NCBI GenBank assembly: GCA_030141605.1
Contig: JAQGDQ010000818.1
Coordinates: forward strand, 22,594 to 86,593
Reading direction: 5' to 3'
Source: Tubiluchus corallicola
Lineage: Eukaryota; Animalia; Priapulida
Length of the DNA: 64,000 nt
The translations under genes were made by a program, and so were the position numbers. Shown piece after piece: positions 26,478-39,076 of the stretch. Below the pieces are notes generated by a model, which had not been told where the DNA came from, did not search any database, and saw only the letters and a list, made by a program, of their open reading frames with translations. Each line of letters begins with the position of its first letter. Position 1 is the stretch's first letter.

Positions 26478-27036
26478 GTAAATCGATGCACTTTTGTACG
26501 TTTACTTTTCATTTTCAGTATGTTAAATAACGCCTCATTCTAGTTATTCAAATGCATAAATAAATAAGCAACTTTCACGTAGAAGTTTCAAATTTAGCTA
26601 TGCAGTACAACCTGAAAAATAAGTTGTAAAAACCTGGATGACCTTATGAAAAATTCTTGCCTGGTATAATCTCTGTATGATGCATTGCAATAGTCTATTG
26701 CCCTGTTTTAATAATGATTTTGATATAAAATATCAACCATTTGTTGTCTGGCTGGCTTGCTATCTTTCATTGTTACATTTATCATATTAAATTTATACTA
26801 AAAGGTAAGTATTGCTTTCTTGTTCTGTAGTAACTATTTTCAGCAGGTTGTATTTATGCATTACAGTATGTTGCTTTGTATATATTAAGACGTTCTTCCA
26901 CGCTTTATATAATTGTTTGTGGTGTGCTAAGTCGAAGCAGATATCTTTCTATGATCCTTGCAGTGCCCTTAAACAACATTTACGATGTTGTACTACACAC
27001 TTCGTTGTACAATAAGAAATATACTATACCTGCCAC

Positions 27037-27071
<35 letters not shown>

Positions 27072-27686
27072 TTATTAGTTTATCGATGTATTTAAAATAG
27101 TAAAATGCACAACTAAGTGATTTATAATTGTGTACAACATACAATAATATTACAAAGTACAAAAGTAATTATTGATTAGTGGTGAAAGGGTGGCGAAAGA
27201 ACTATCAGTTATCAAGGTCGGCCACCGTCTGAGGATTGTTACTAATATAATTAATTAATGTGCAGGTACCAAGTAAATAAAATTTTATCAGATTTTGCAT
27301 TTAAGACGATTGTTGATGGAATTATTATCTATTATAGTTTTTAATGAAATAATGTTCAATAATGGGAAAGAAGAGACAAACGTGACTAGTTTTTTCATTG
27401 TAATTTTTTCAAATACACAATTAAATAAAATTCATTTAATTTAATTGTGCAAAAGTAAAATTATTTTTCGAAAGAAGCTCAATCTTGGCTTTATCAGCAA
27501 ACAAGTATGTATTTTGTTTGTTTGTATGTATTATGTATGAATATAGTATATTTCTTAATGTACAACAAACAGTGTAGTACAACATCATAAATGTAGTTTA
27601 AGGGCACTGCAAGGATCATAGAAAGATATCTGCTTCTACTTAGCACACCACAAACAATTACATAAAGCGTGGAAGAACGTCTTAAC

Positions 27687-28168
27687 CAGCGGTGTGCAAA
27701 TTGCGGCCCGCCGAGAGAATTTGTGCGGCCCACGAAGAGATTTGTCAATCTAATGAAAGTGCGGCCCGGGCGATTAATTGAGTGTATCCAGCTGAAGTCC
27801 GTGCCACGATCCCAAAGATAGTGCGGGTAGTTTTTTCTACTAGATCGGATGCCATTAACCCTTACAAGACGGTTGTAGCTTAATGTCGCTGTACTACACA
27901 GACTGTGTGATACACATTACTAATATGCATTGTAATGAAATTACCACTATCTGTCCTGAAAGTAGAAATATATGGTTTGTAATATAAATTTTAATAACTT
28001 CTAAAATAGTTTCTTGAGTGTAGTACTAATGATGTACGCAGGTCGGATGCAAAAAAATCGTCACTAGGCCTTTCTGTACTTGGCTCCTTGATCAAACTAC
28101 CTGTGGCCCGCAGGAATTGCGGGAAAGTTTAATGTGGCTCGGCTAGTCAGATAATTTGCGCAGCCCTG
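27687..28168 (+). mobile_element. hAT-type MITE family A, copy 3
   Basis: TIRs present; decayed 8-bp TSD gtcttaac/gttttaat; the empty site gtcttaat is preserved in the opposite arm of the inverted repeat. Confidence 0.88.
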
Positions 28169-28482
28169 GTTTTAATATATACAATTGTAATGTCTGTAAT
28201 GCATAAATACAACCTGCTGAAAATAGTTACTACAGAACAAGAAAGCAATACTTACCTTTTAGTATAAATTTAATATGATAAATGTAACAATGAAAGATAG
28301 CAAGCCACCCAGACAACAAATGGTTGACATTTTATATCAAAATCGTTATTAAAACAGGGCACCAGACTATTGCAATGCATCATACAGAGATTATACCAGG
28401 CAAGAATTTTTCTTAAGGTCATCCAAGTTTTTACAATTTATTTTTTAGTTTGTACAAACAACCAAATTTGAAACTTCTACGT

Positions 28483-28916
28483 CAGGGGTGTGCAAACTGC
28501 GGCCTGCGGGCCACTTGCGGCCCGCTGAGAGATCTTGTGCGGCCCGCGAAGAAGTTTGTCAACGTAATGAAAGTGCGGCCCACGCGATCCAGCTGAAGTC
28601 TGCGCCAATATCGCAAAAATAGTGCGGATAGTTTTTTCCTTTCGATCGGATGGCATTAACCCTTACAAGACGGTTATCACTTAATGTCACTGTCGGACAT
28701 GACGAAATATATGGTTTTTAATATAAATTTTAATAACTTCTAAAATAGTTTCTTGAGTGTAGTAGTGCAGTGGTAATGATGTGCGCAAATCGGATGCAAA
28801 AAAAATTGTTATTAGGTCCTACTGTACTTGGCTCCTTGACCAAACTGCATGTGGCCCACAGGAATTGCGGGAAAGTTTAATGTGGCCCAGCTAGTCAGAT
28901 AATTTGCACACCCCTG
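28483..28916 (+). mobile_element. hAT-type MITE family A, copy 4 (divergent subfamily)
   Basis: TIRs plus a perfect 8-bp TSD TTCTACGT, the TSD length typical of hAT. Confidence 0.9.
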
Positions 28917-29026
28917 TTCTACGTGCTAGTTGCTTATTTATTTATGCATTTGAACAATGAGAATAAGCATTTTGTTTTCGCGTTTGTGTTGACTTTTTCT
29001 CCGTTCTTTTGTTTTTTGTCTCGCAG

Positions 29027-29200
29027 GCCGTTCAGTGTGGCAACGCGGACATCGTAAAAGGTCTACTGCGGAACAAGGCGGAACCGAACACCAAGGACAA
29101 AGTGGGTAACACGTGCGCCCACTACTGCGCGGAGAGCGGCAATCGTGATTTGCTAACACTGTTGGTTGAGCACGGCGCTCGGATCAGCATTCCAAACAAG
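29027..29200 (+). CDS. ANKRD26: ANKRD26-like, coding exon 3 (174 nt)
   Basis: tcgcag| AVQCGNADIVKGLLRNKAEPNTKDKVGNTCAHYCAESGNRDLLTLLVEHGARISIPNK |gtaatg; phases 0 to 0. Confidence 0.92.
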
Positions 29201-29759
29201 GTAATGAATCTTTATCAGTAAGATTCTGTGAGTCGTTTAATTAGCTGCCGTTGTTTTGTTTTACTGAAAGATTTTAATGTTTGCGCTGCACGACATGTTT
29301 CTCACAGGTTGGTTTGACCAAATATGAAGTTTGTATGAGCTTTAGTTGAAATAAAAGGTTTGGGATTAGGGTTGCTTTATGATTAGGATTAGGATTAGGG
29401 TTAGGTTAGCGGTTAGGGTTAATAATTTCTTAATTTGTGAATTCTGTTTTCAAGTGGTTATTTTAATTTTTCTTTGCTGTAAAGTAAAATAAATCGAATT
29501 CAGGATACCTCAATGGTGATGTAGGTGCTTCCACAGTATTATTGTCCACTGTTAAAGATCTGTGTAAAGTCATATGATCTATGAATTTGTACAAGGATTT
29601 TCAAATGTTGTGTGAGCATATGTACATATCTTTGATTTAAATTAGAAGAATCCAAACAGAAAGAAAAAAACGTTTAATTTTGGTATTGAAATTTTTGTAG
29701 TATTTGCAGAAAGCTTAGGTCCCGATGCACAAAAGTGTGATTGTCAACCTTGAAATAAT

Positions 29760-30135
29760 GTTATTACTATTGTTCATGTATTGTTCATTACTATTGTTCA
29801 TGTATTGTTCATTTGTATTGTTCATTACTATTGTCTATGTATTGTTCATGTATAGTTCGTTACTATTTTTCATGTATTGTTCATTACTATTGTTCATGTA
29901 TTGTTCAGTACTATTGTTCATGTATTGTTCATTTGTATTGTTCGTGTATTGTTCGTTACTATTGTTCATGTGTTGTTCATTACTATTGTTCATGTATTGT
30001 TCATTACTATTGTTCATGTATTGTTCATTACTATTGTTCATGTACTGTTCATTACTATTGTTCATGTGTTGTTCATTACTATTGTTCATGTGTTGTTTCA
30101 CTACTATTGTTCATGTATTGTTCATTACTCCATGT
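29760..30135. repeat. Minisatellite, 24-bp unit, ~15 copies
   Basis: ttcattactattgttcatgtattg. Confidence 0.9.
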
Positions 30136-30280
30136 TCTCACAGGGGAATTTTGTACTGATTTTTGATTCACAAAAAGAAAATTAGTGTCTTAATTTCAGG
30201 TTTATTCAGATTAAATTTAATTAAAAAATTAAGTCAAATGTTTTTTCATTTTATTTTCTAACCTGAATTGTTTCATTTAG

Positions 30281-30387
30281 GAAGGACAGATGGCACTGCA
30301 TGTCGCTGTATCAGCTCATCAGCTTGATCTGGCTGAGTTATTGTTAGCTGAAGGTGCGCAGGTGAATCATGCCGACGGAAACAAATG
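30281..30387 (+). CDS. ANKRD26: ANKRD26-like, coding exon 4 (107 nt; missing from the ORF track)
   Basis: catttag| EGQMALHVAVSAHQLDLAELLLAEGAQVNHADGNK |gtgggt; ankyrin repeat; phases 0 to 2. Confidence 0.9.
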
Positions 30388-30547
30388 GTGGGTAATTAAT
30401 TTGTTCTGGAGAAACCCTTTTCAAATCGTAAAAATCAAAAATACGGCGTATGTTGAATAAAGTTGGCAACATAACAGCATTTATTGCACTTTGGCATTTT
30501 GAATCAGTTTGATTCTTCACCAGGAATCCTTGTGGGAGTCACATGCA

Positions 30548-31395
<848 letters not shown>

Positions 31396-31626
31396 TGAGT
31401 TGTGACACACACTCAGACTCACCAAAAATTACAGAAAAATGTCTTTCAACTGGCTTTCCCTTGTTTTGCTTTTTATTATCTGTTTGTATAAATGTATAAA
31501 CTACAGACAAAGTAGATGTTATATAGAATGTCTAATTTTCATACAGAAACTATGAGGTGCATTATATAAATCCAGAAGCTTACATTTAGTTTTTCTGTTC
31601 CTTTTACTTTTGTTATTTACTTGCAG

Positions 31627-31784
31627 CACTCCGCTAATGCTAGCCTGCAAGGTGGGTTCTGTTTCACTGGTCAGTCTTCTGCTGGACTACAATGCCGACA
31701 CAAATGCCAGAGATGATAAGGGCTGGACTGCCGAGGACTGTGCTGTCATCTCCGGTCATCATAAGTGCTCCCAACTCATAGCCG
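31627..31784 (+). CDS. ANKRD26: ANKRD26-like, coding exon 5
   Basis: ttgcag| (C)TPLMLACKVGSVSLVSLLLDYNADTNARDDKGWTAEDCAVISGHHKCSQLIA |gtacga; phases 2 to 1. Confidence 0.9.
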
Positions 31785-31938
31785 GTACGACTTTGCTGCT
31801 CCGGAATCGAATAGAATAGAATTAAGTAGAATTTAGGATTTATTGCTCACCGTGTGATAAGGTTGAGACGGTTAATCGCTTAAATGTGTAACCGACCGTT
31901 AACAGATACAACTGTGTAGAAAATTTCGAACCATTTAA

Positions 31939-32397
31939 CCCTTTCATACCTGTTGTATCCCATGGGATACGATAGTATTTTCTGCCTTTCAAATTAATAA
32001 AATTTTAAAACTGACAGTTTTTTGATCTGTTAATAGTTATTTTGATTTAAGCCAAGAACAATAGACTAAAAATGGTGATAAAATGGCAAACTAGAAAATC
32101 TACATAGCATAAAAAACTGCGCAAGGTACAGTACTTTAGAGACGACTTTGTACAGATCAGCATAGCGTGCATACTAAATGTCTTAAATACTTTTAAAAAT
32201 TATCAGCAGTTGCAAAATGAAGCGCATTTTATGCTTCCATTAAATCCCAATGTATCCCGTGGGATAAAGGCTATATTTAGCACGCGGGCACAGGTAGAAA
32301 AAAATAATTATTATGTGTAAACAAGATGGACATACTGAACAAAAGTACCAAGCCAAACATTTTTTTCTTATTAAAAAATAATTTGGGACTGAAAGGG
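31939..32397 (+). mobile_element. piggyBac-type MITE
   Basis: TTAA-CCCTTTCA..TGAAAGGG-TTAA. Confidence 0.88.
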
Positions 32398-32571
32398 TTA
32401 AGTTACTTAGCCAAGTTTTCGACATATTCGCATTAATGAAACCTTGCGTCTTTTCTGAGCTGGAGTACGCAGTTAACAATTCGCACACAAAAACATAAAA
32501 ACATCCATAATGTAATTACAAACATATGCACTGTTTAAAAATTTGACTAAGAAACATATTTTTTATTTCAG

Positions 32572-32700
32572 AATTCAATCAGAGGCATAGTGGAGTTCCA
32601 AAAGGAAAAGGACAGCCGATATCAAATAACAAAAAGCAAGATATCAAAAATCTTAAAACTGAACCACTGAATAACTTTTACGAGCCTGCAAATGACTTAG
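32572..32700 (+). CDS. ANKRD26: ANKRD26-like, coding exon 6
   Basis: ttttatttcag| (E)FNQRHSGVPKGKGQPISNNKKQDIKNLKTEPLNNFYEPANDL |gtaaaa; open frame, phases 1 to 1. Confidence 0.8.
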
Positions 32701-33127
32701 GTAAAAGTGTCATTTTTTATTTTTTTATTTATTATTATTATCACATTCAGTATAATGACATTAAGCACACAGTGACATCAAAATTATTACATCTACTGTG
32801 TTAAATTGTTATATTTCATACACTACCGTTATCATAAAAGAATAATTGTACTGCAGTGGGCTAGAGAAGCAAAGGCTTGTATAAGCCCACTGTCATGTGA
32901 ACCCGATAAAAAAAGAATGGATGAGTGAACAAAAAAGAACTGGGAGAAAGGTTAGATCACTCAGGAAGGGTAGAATATAGGCTTAGGCACACCAACCTCT
33001 GCTATATGAATGTGTTCAAAAACTGCTTGTGGTGTCTCAGATTTGCTGCGATGAACTAAAGTGTAACTGGGCTACTGTTTAATGTGTTTATCTCAATTAT
33101 GCTCTGTCTGTATTCGTATCTTAATTA

Positions 33128-34352
33128 CAGTAAAATATTTGTAATTCGAACGCCACGGGACCGGAAATTTCTTGAAATTATATCCATGTGCGAGTTAGAC
33201 AATATTTGTTATCTCTCAAGCTAGCATGTTATCTCTCTACAGTGAAGCCAGGTGTGTTGATTCTAGAGCGTCATTATTCATTTTTGCATTACCTGTAGCG
33301 TTTGTTTGACATGCTTGACCAGTCTTGTGTGAGAGGTTAGATACCTTAGAATAGGAAAAGATCCTGTTTTAGTTGTATAGAGGCCAGTAGTTGTGTGGTC
33401 AGTTTGCCACTGTTGTAAAATCAGTATGTCTCTGTAGATTTCTGAAAACTGGCTTAAAGTTTTTTCTACAGATGCTCAAACATTTGTAAGTTCATGTGTT
33501 TCTTCATTTTTATGCAGAGCTTTGCAGTAATTTATTTGCCAGCTTAATAGTTTCTGATAGTGTTACAGTGATGCCTAATTATTGATTTTTCCAACTGCAT
33601 ATGATGTTTTTGTGTAGGCATGCATGTTGATTTGTGATATGTCAGGAAGTTTATTTATTAGTTAATTCTGGTTCAGTATGCTTGTTAATTTGCTAATGCT
33701 TGTTCCTTTTTTTGCACGTCTGTTATTGATTTATTTTTGTTTGATGTTCTTTTTTCTTCTTTCTATTGCAGTTTCACCTTTTTTAAAGTGAGCGGAAAAT
33801 AAAATCTGCAAAACAAATAGCCAGTTTTCTACAGTAAGAAAACAAGATTGAGTCATTGATCAAGCTCGGACAATACAATGACAAGCTGAGTGTTTAATCA
33901 AATATCAAACAACAGTTTTTATGAATAATCAAACAAAATGACTGGTCCACTTCTATTGTAGTCTGATTGTCATGTGGCTAGTAGAATTCAACAATAATAA
34001 TATTGTGATCTAGTTATTAAACCACGTCCGTTAAACCATGTTGTGCGCAGCGTTCCGCTAAGGTAGTGCAAGAAATCTTAGCATTTTTGCTAAAACAGGC
34101 AGTTAAAATCGTAATGTGGTGCACACCTTTGCGTCGGAGGTTGTTTGAGATGGGGGCGGGGAAATTTCAATTAGATTCTTAAAAATTGTACCGTGGATTT
34201 CGGTTTGAGTTACGTGTTAATTTGAGTTATGGATTTCAAAGTTATGCTCTATTTTTAAAGAGAAAAATGAAACAGGAAATCCGTTCGTTGAGAACTGTAT
34301 GAGTTACGCAAGAATTTGAGTTATAACGGGTCGACTTCTATATAGGTTCCTG
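33128..34352 (+). mobile_element. Degraded Tc1/pogo-like non-autonomous element, edges approximate
   Basis: TA-CAGTAAAA..TTCGAAC start and ..GAGTTATAAC..CTG-TA end; 33835-34220 is an inverted copy of ~35005-35430. Confidence 0.5.
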
Positions 34353-34395
34353 TATTCCTAAATGCTGCATTTTAATTTATTATACCCTGGTCTTC

Positions 34396-34883
34396 CAGGG
34401 ATGAGATTTTTCCGCGGATACGCGGAATTCCGAGTTTTTGGAAGACCAGTATAGTGCCATTTTTGTAAATCTCGTGAATTCGTTGAGAAAATTTTTACGG
34501 ACCCAGTACATTATTTAACCAGCTGACCGCTAGTTGGCAGGCCGTCACTTTGTTTACATCACGTACATCAGTGTAACGAAGTGTATATCTCTATGTATAA
34601 AAATATAGAATCAATTGTGTGGAGTTATTTGAGTCAATTGCAGACAGTTTTTATATACTTTTGCATAGGAGTGGCCAGTACTTAGGCATTTTTGAGACAA
34701 TTAGGTATCATGTATCCTTGATAGTTGGCTATTTTAAATTATGCATGAAACAAGTTAATTGATATTTTAACTCTATTTAGAGGCTCTCTATGGTTACAAA
34801 ATTGCAATTTGTTGCTGGCTGCAAGGGTCCCCAAACCCCCGGCCTGTTTCACAGTTTTTTGCAATTTGTCATTCTCATCCCTG
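34396..34883 (+). mobile_element. TIR MITE family B, copy 2
   Basis: CAGGGATGAGA..TCTCATCCCTG. Confidence 0.85.
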
Positions 34884-34904
34884 CAAACAGGTACGCAGTA
34901 TGTG

Positions 34905-35494
34905 ACACAAACATTGGACTATGTACAACTCAAACTGGTTTAACTCAAATTCTTGTCAGATCTCGTGGATTGTATTTTCCCTGTCACTTTTCCCTTTAAC
35001 AAACATCGTGTAACTCGAACCAAATTCCCAGTGCAATTCTTAAGAATCTGATTGAAATTACCTCGCGTATCTGGAACAGCCTTCCAAGCGAGAAATCCTA
35101 CATGAAAATGTGCACCACATTACGATTTTAACTGCTAGTGTCAGTAAAAATGCTAAGATTTCTTGTATTACCTTAGCAGAATGCTGCACTCAATATGGCT
35201 TAACGAGCGTGGTTTTATAACTTGGTCTTATCACAATTTTTATTACTGAATTCTATTAACCATTGCTATTCAGAATACAATGGAAGTGGACCAGTCATTT
35301 TATTTTTGATTATTCATAAAAACTGTTGTTTGATATTTAATTACAGGTTCAGTTCGCCATTTTCACGTAGGCTGTCGTATTACTGGCATATTGTCAGATG
35401 TTCATGAGTGACTCAAACGCGTTTTCCTTTGAACACTGTCGAACTCGAACGAATTTGCTAGTACCGTGGTGTTCGTGTGGTACACAATTTACTG
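34905..35494 (-). mobile_element. Inverted relative of the 33128-34352 element
   Basis: tgcaccacattacgattttaactgc..ggaccagtcattt..gattattcataaaaactgttgtttgatattt is the reverse complement of ~33900-34125; ends TTTACTG-TA. Confidence 0.55.
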
Positions 35495-35528
35495 TAATTC
35501 AAAATCTAAATCGATGTCATTTCTACAG

Positions 35529-35641
35529 GTGGCGCTAACGACAACGGCGAAAGCGATGATCCGGAATCTGCAAAGCAAAGTAATGGTGGAAGTGATTCGT
35601 GGGACGACAGCGAACTCTCTGAGCACGTAAAAGTGGAAAAG
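35529..35641 (+). CDS. ANKRD26: ANKRD26-like, coding exon 7
   Basis: ttctacag| (G)GANDNGESDDPESAKQSNGGSDSWDDSELSEHVKVEK |gtaatt; phases 1 to 0; acidic DSW motif as follows the ankyrin domain in ANKRD26. Confidence 0.82.
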
Positions 35642-36038
35642 GTAATTCCTTGAAGAGAAATGTGCCGAGTTTAGGCAGCTACACATTTGAAAGTGGCGAC
35701 ATCTAGCCTAACTTTTGTCAACAACTTTGTACGCAATTTCATTTATATGCAAAAACAGAATTAAAACTCTTAAAAAAATTAAAATATTTTTGTAACTTGA
35801 TTTAGAGCGCCTATCGGCATATTTGGCAGAATGTTAATAAGGCACTTATGTCTGCCATGCGGTTGGCTTCAACGGAAATAAATAATTTAAAAATTATCAT
35901 TTTATTGGACAGATTTTTTAAAGTAATCTTAGATTGTTTCGCTTGTTTTTCAAGGTGATTTTGGAGCCAAGTGACAACTTTTAGGTTGCGTAAAAATAAA
36001 ACCATCTAAATCTGCATTAAATTACTAAATTTTATTAA

Positions 36039-36498
36039 CCCTTTCAGTCCCAAATTATTTTTTTAATAAGAAAAAAATTTTTGGCTTGGTACTTTTGTTC
36101 AGTATGTCCATCTTGTTTACACATAATAATTATTTTTTTCTACCTGTGCCCGTGTGCTAAATACAGCCTGTATCCCACGGGATACATTGGGATTCAATGG
36201 AAGCATAAAATGTGCTTCATTTTGCAACTGTTGATAATTTTTTAAAGCATTTAAGACATTTAGTATGCATGCTATGCTGATCTGTACAAAGTCATCTCTA
36301 AAGTACTGTACCTTGCGCAGTTTTTTATGCTATGTAGATTTTCTAGTTTGCCATTTTATCACCATTTTTAGTCTGTTGTTATTGGCTTAAGTGAAAATAA
36401 CTATTAACAGATCAAATAACTCTCAGTTTTAAAGTTTTATTAATTTTAAAGGCAGAGAATATTCTCGTATCCCATGGGATACAACAGGTATGAAAGGG
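36039..36498 (-). mobile_element. piggyBac-type MITE, inverted relative to 31939-32397
   Basis: TTAA-CCCTTTCAGTCCC..GGTATGAAAGGG-TTAA. Confidence 0.88.
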
Positions 36499-36809
36499 TT
36501 AATTGCCGTCATGAAGAATTAGCGTCCATTTTTTTTGCTTCTGCACCGTATTACCTAAGTTTGTATTTACTTTCTTAAGAAGCAAACACAGGAGTCAAGT
36601 CACAACTTACAGTTAGACCAAACTGGCAGACCAAATTCTAATACAAATAGTGTAATGTATAAAACTCAAGATTGCATGTCCTGTTTCGAAAGGCACTAGT
36701 TTATAATGTTTCCTTTTAGAAATGGTTTTTGCACGTGCACCTAGTCTATTTTAATCACACTTGCTTTTTGTGATTTTTCTGACTCCCTGTTGCATGCGAA
36801 ATCATACAA

Positions 36810-37487
36810 GACTAGCAAAGGCCCCGCAAAAAATTTTGCGTATAAATACACTTATAATCAAAAATATGCAAACAACCTACATAGTCCTCATTTACAACGC
36901 AAAGCCAGTAGCAGCTTTTACTGAATTAAAGTTATAGACAGAGTATAATGGATGACGTCAGAACAATGGCATTTTCTAAGCGAAAATTGCCGAAAATAGA
37001 ACATCTAATTTACTCGTTGGAACTCCTTTTGGTGTACCTGTCCTAAAATATAGCCCACATCATCGTGTAGCCCTGTTCTTCTTCTTTCTAAAGAGCTATA
37101 TATCTCCTTTCGAGAGCCATAGCCAGCACCACCCATGGCCCATTCCCATTCTCCAGATCTCAGACGTATAACTTTTGCAAAAAACGGCCGAAAAATGGCC
37201 ATTTTTGGAGGTTTTTCACCCCCCGTCCCTCGCGGTGGGCCCCAATGAGATGACACTAATTTGAGACCTTTCGTTTGATGTATAGATCGCCACAAATGGT
37301 GCCGTCGTCGGAGCTGTAGCCTCGTATCTTATATATATATATATAAATATATAACATACCAAGAGAATTAATATATGCGATATATAATATATCTATATAT
37401 ATATATATATATATCTATATATATATATATATATTATATTATATAAATATATTAAGTCCATACCAGTAGAATTAATATATACGATAG
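36810..37487 (+). mobile_element. Possible non-autonomous Helitron/Helentron-type element
   Basis: Starts ACTAGC..CCCGC and ends in (TA)n with GAATTAATATAT; single copy in the window, so assignment rests on end motifs only. Confidence 0.35.
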
Positions 37488-37614
37488 CTCATCTCTACGT
37501 GACATATCCATATGCAAACATTTAAATAAGTAATTAAAGCTGATTTGGCAAGCACAAAGCAAGAAAGATCGTTCATACTTGCACTGAATGTGTCTTTGTA
37601 GAAAATGATTTCCA

Positions 37615-37810
37615 ATTACCCGCTTTGATTGTTAAGTGTGTCACCATTGTTCAATTACCCGCTTTGATTGTTAAGTGTGTCACCATTGTTCAATCACCCG
37701 CTTTGATTGTTAAGTGTGTCACCATTGTTCAATCACCCGCTTTGATTGTTAAGTGTTTCACCATTGTTCAATCACCTGCTTCGATTGTTGAGTGTTCCAC
37801 CATTGTTCAA
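37615..37810. repeat. Tandem repeat, 39-bp unit, ~5 copies
   Basis: at(t/c)acccgctttgattgttaagtgtgtcaccattgttca. Confidence 0.88.
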
Positions 37811-37994
37811 TGCCAGTAGTTAGTTAGTACGAAATCCCAAATGTAGATGTCATGTTGAATCTTCTCAGCACTTTTAATTTTACTCGTTTCTTTCTGGTGT
37901 TTTTAAAACTTGAATGTAAACACTAGAACGATTTGTTCCATAATAATTTTTGAAACAGCTCTCTGATATATTAAAATTGGTTTATGACAGTAGT

Positions 37995-38143
37995 CCGATG
38001 TTTAGTGGTGATTTTTTTCTGACTGAGTCTCCAAAATTCAGAGTGATTGTTGTTGTTGCTGTTGTTGTTATCGCTGATGCTGTTGTCATTGTTGTCGTTG
38101 CCATCGTTGTTGTTGTTGTCGTTGTCGTTGTTGCTGTTGTCGT

Positions 38144-38177
<34 letters not shown>

Positions 38178-38251
38178 GTTGTTGTCATTGTTGCTGTTGC
38201 TGTTGTCGTTGTTGTTGTTGTCGGTGTTGTCGTTGTCATTGTTGTTGCTGC

Positions 38252-38287
<36 letters not shown>

Positions 38288-38605
38288 CATTGATGTAGTA
38301 GTTGTTGTTGTTGATATCGTTGTTGCTGTCGTTGTTGTTGTTGTTGCTGCTGTTGCTGTTGTTGTTGTCGTTGTTGTTGTTGTCGTCGTCATTGATGTAG
38401 TAGTAGTTGTTGTTGTTTTTGATGTCGTTGTTGTTGTTGTCGTTGTTACTGTTGTTGTTGTCGTAGTCGTTGTGTTATCGTTGTTGTTGTTGTTGCTGTC
38501 ATCGTTGTTGTTGTCGATGTCGACGTTGCTGCTGCTGCTGTTGCTGTTGTCGTATTTTACACCTAAACACACTTAGTGTGTGACAGCAAGCTCAGCATTC
38601 AACTC
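37995..38605 (+). repeat. Degenerate (GTT)n array with unique flanks, copy a
   Basis: Left flank ..gactgagtctccaaaattcagagtgatt is shared (inverted) with copy b; right flank gtcgtattttacacct..caagctcagcattcaac is shared with copy c. Confidence 0.9.
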
Positions 38606-38761
38606 AGAGTGAATTTTCTACAGTTTTGTTCATTTTTATAATTTTATGATTTTATGATTATTGTGCTTTAAAGTTAACTTATGCTCTTTGCTCAGTTGCC
38701 CTTGCAAGCTGTCAGCTTACGTTACATTTTTTCTAACTTACTCTTTCATTCTTTTATCTAG

Positions 38762-39035
38762 GAAGCATCAAAAATATCATTGGCTCAGTTTGTGCCTTCA
38801 TCGGATGAGGAAAGTTTAAGCAAGAAATCTTCTAAATATCCGACTAATGAACAGCAACGAAAACAGGATACTGGGCAACAACAACAACAACAGCAGCTGC
38901 AGCAACAACAACAACAACAGCAACAGGTTAAACCGGCATCAGAAAAACAAAAAACAAAACAGAATTTGCAAAAACAGCTTCCACCATCACCTGAACAACG
39001 TACCGATTTTGAATCTCAAACATCTTCTCATAAAG
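38762..39035 (+). CDS. ANKRD26: ANKRD26-like, coding exon 8 (polyQ-containing)
   Basis: ttttatctag| EASKISLAQFVPSSDEES..GQQQQQQQLQQQQQQQQQVKP..SSHK |gtatta; phases 0 to 1. Confidence 0.8.
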
Positions 39036-39076
39036 GTATTACCCAACTTCTTTTTATCTTTATGCTTATTATATTA

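Larger units (their letters stand above)
26535..28965. repeat. Long inverted repeat spanning intron 2 (arms ~26535-27028 and ~27542-28965)
   Basis: For example gcagatatctttctatgatccttgcagtgcccttaaac (~26937) is the reverse complement of gtttaagggcactgcaaggatcatagaaagatatctgc (~27596); the right arm is interrupted by two MITEs. Confidence 0.9.

Noticed and set aside
29362-29421. Telomere-like TTAGGG/TTAGG repeats
   Set aside because: Short and degenerate; such motifs are common inside invertebrate repeats
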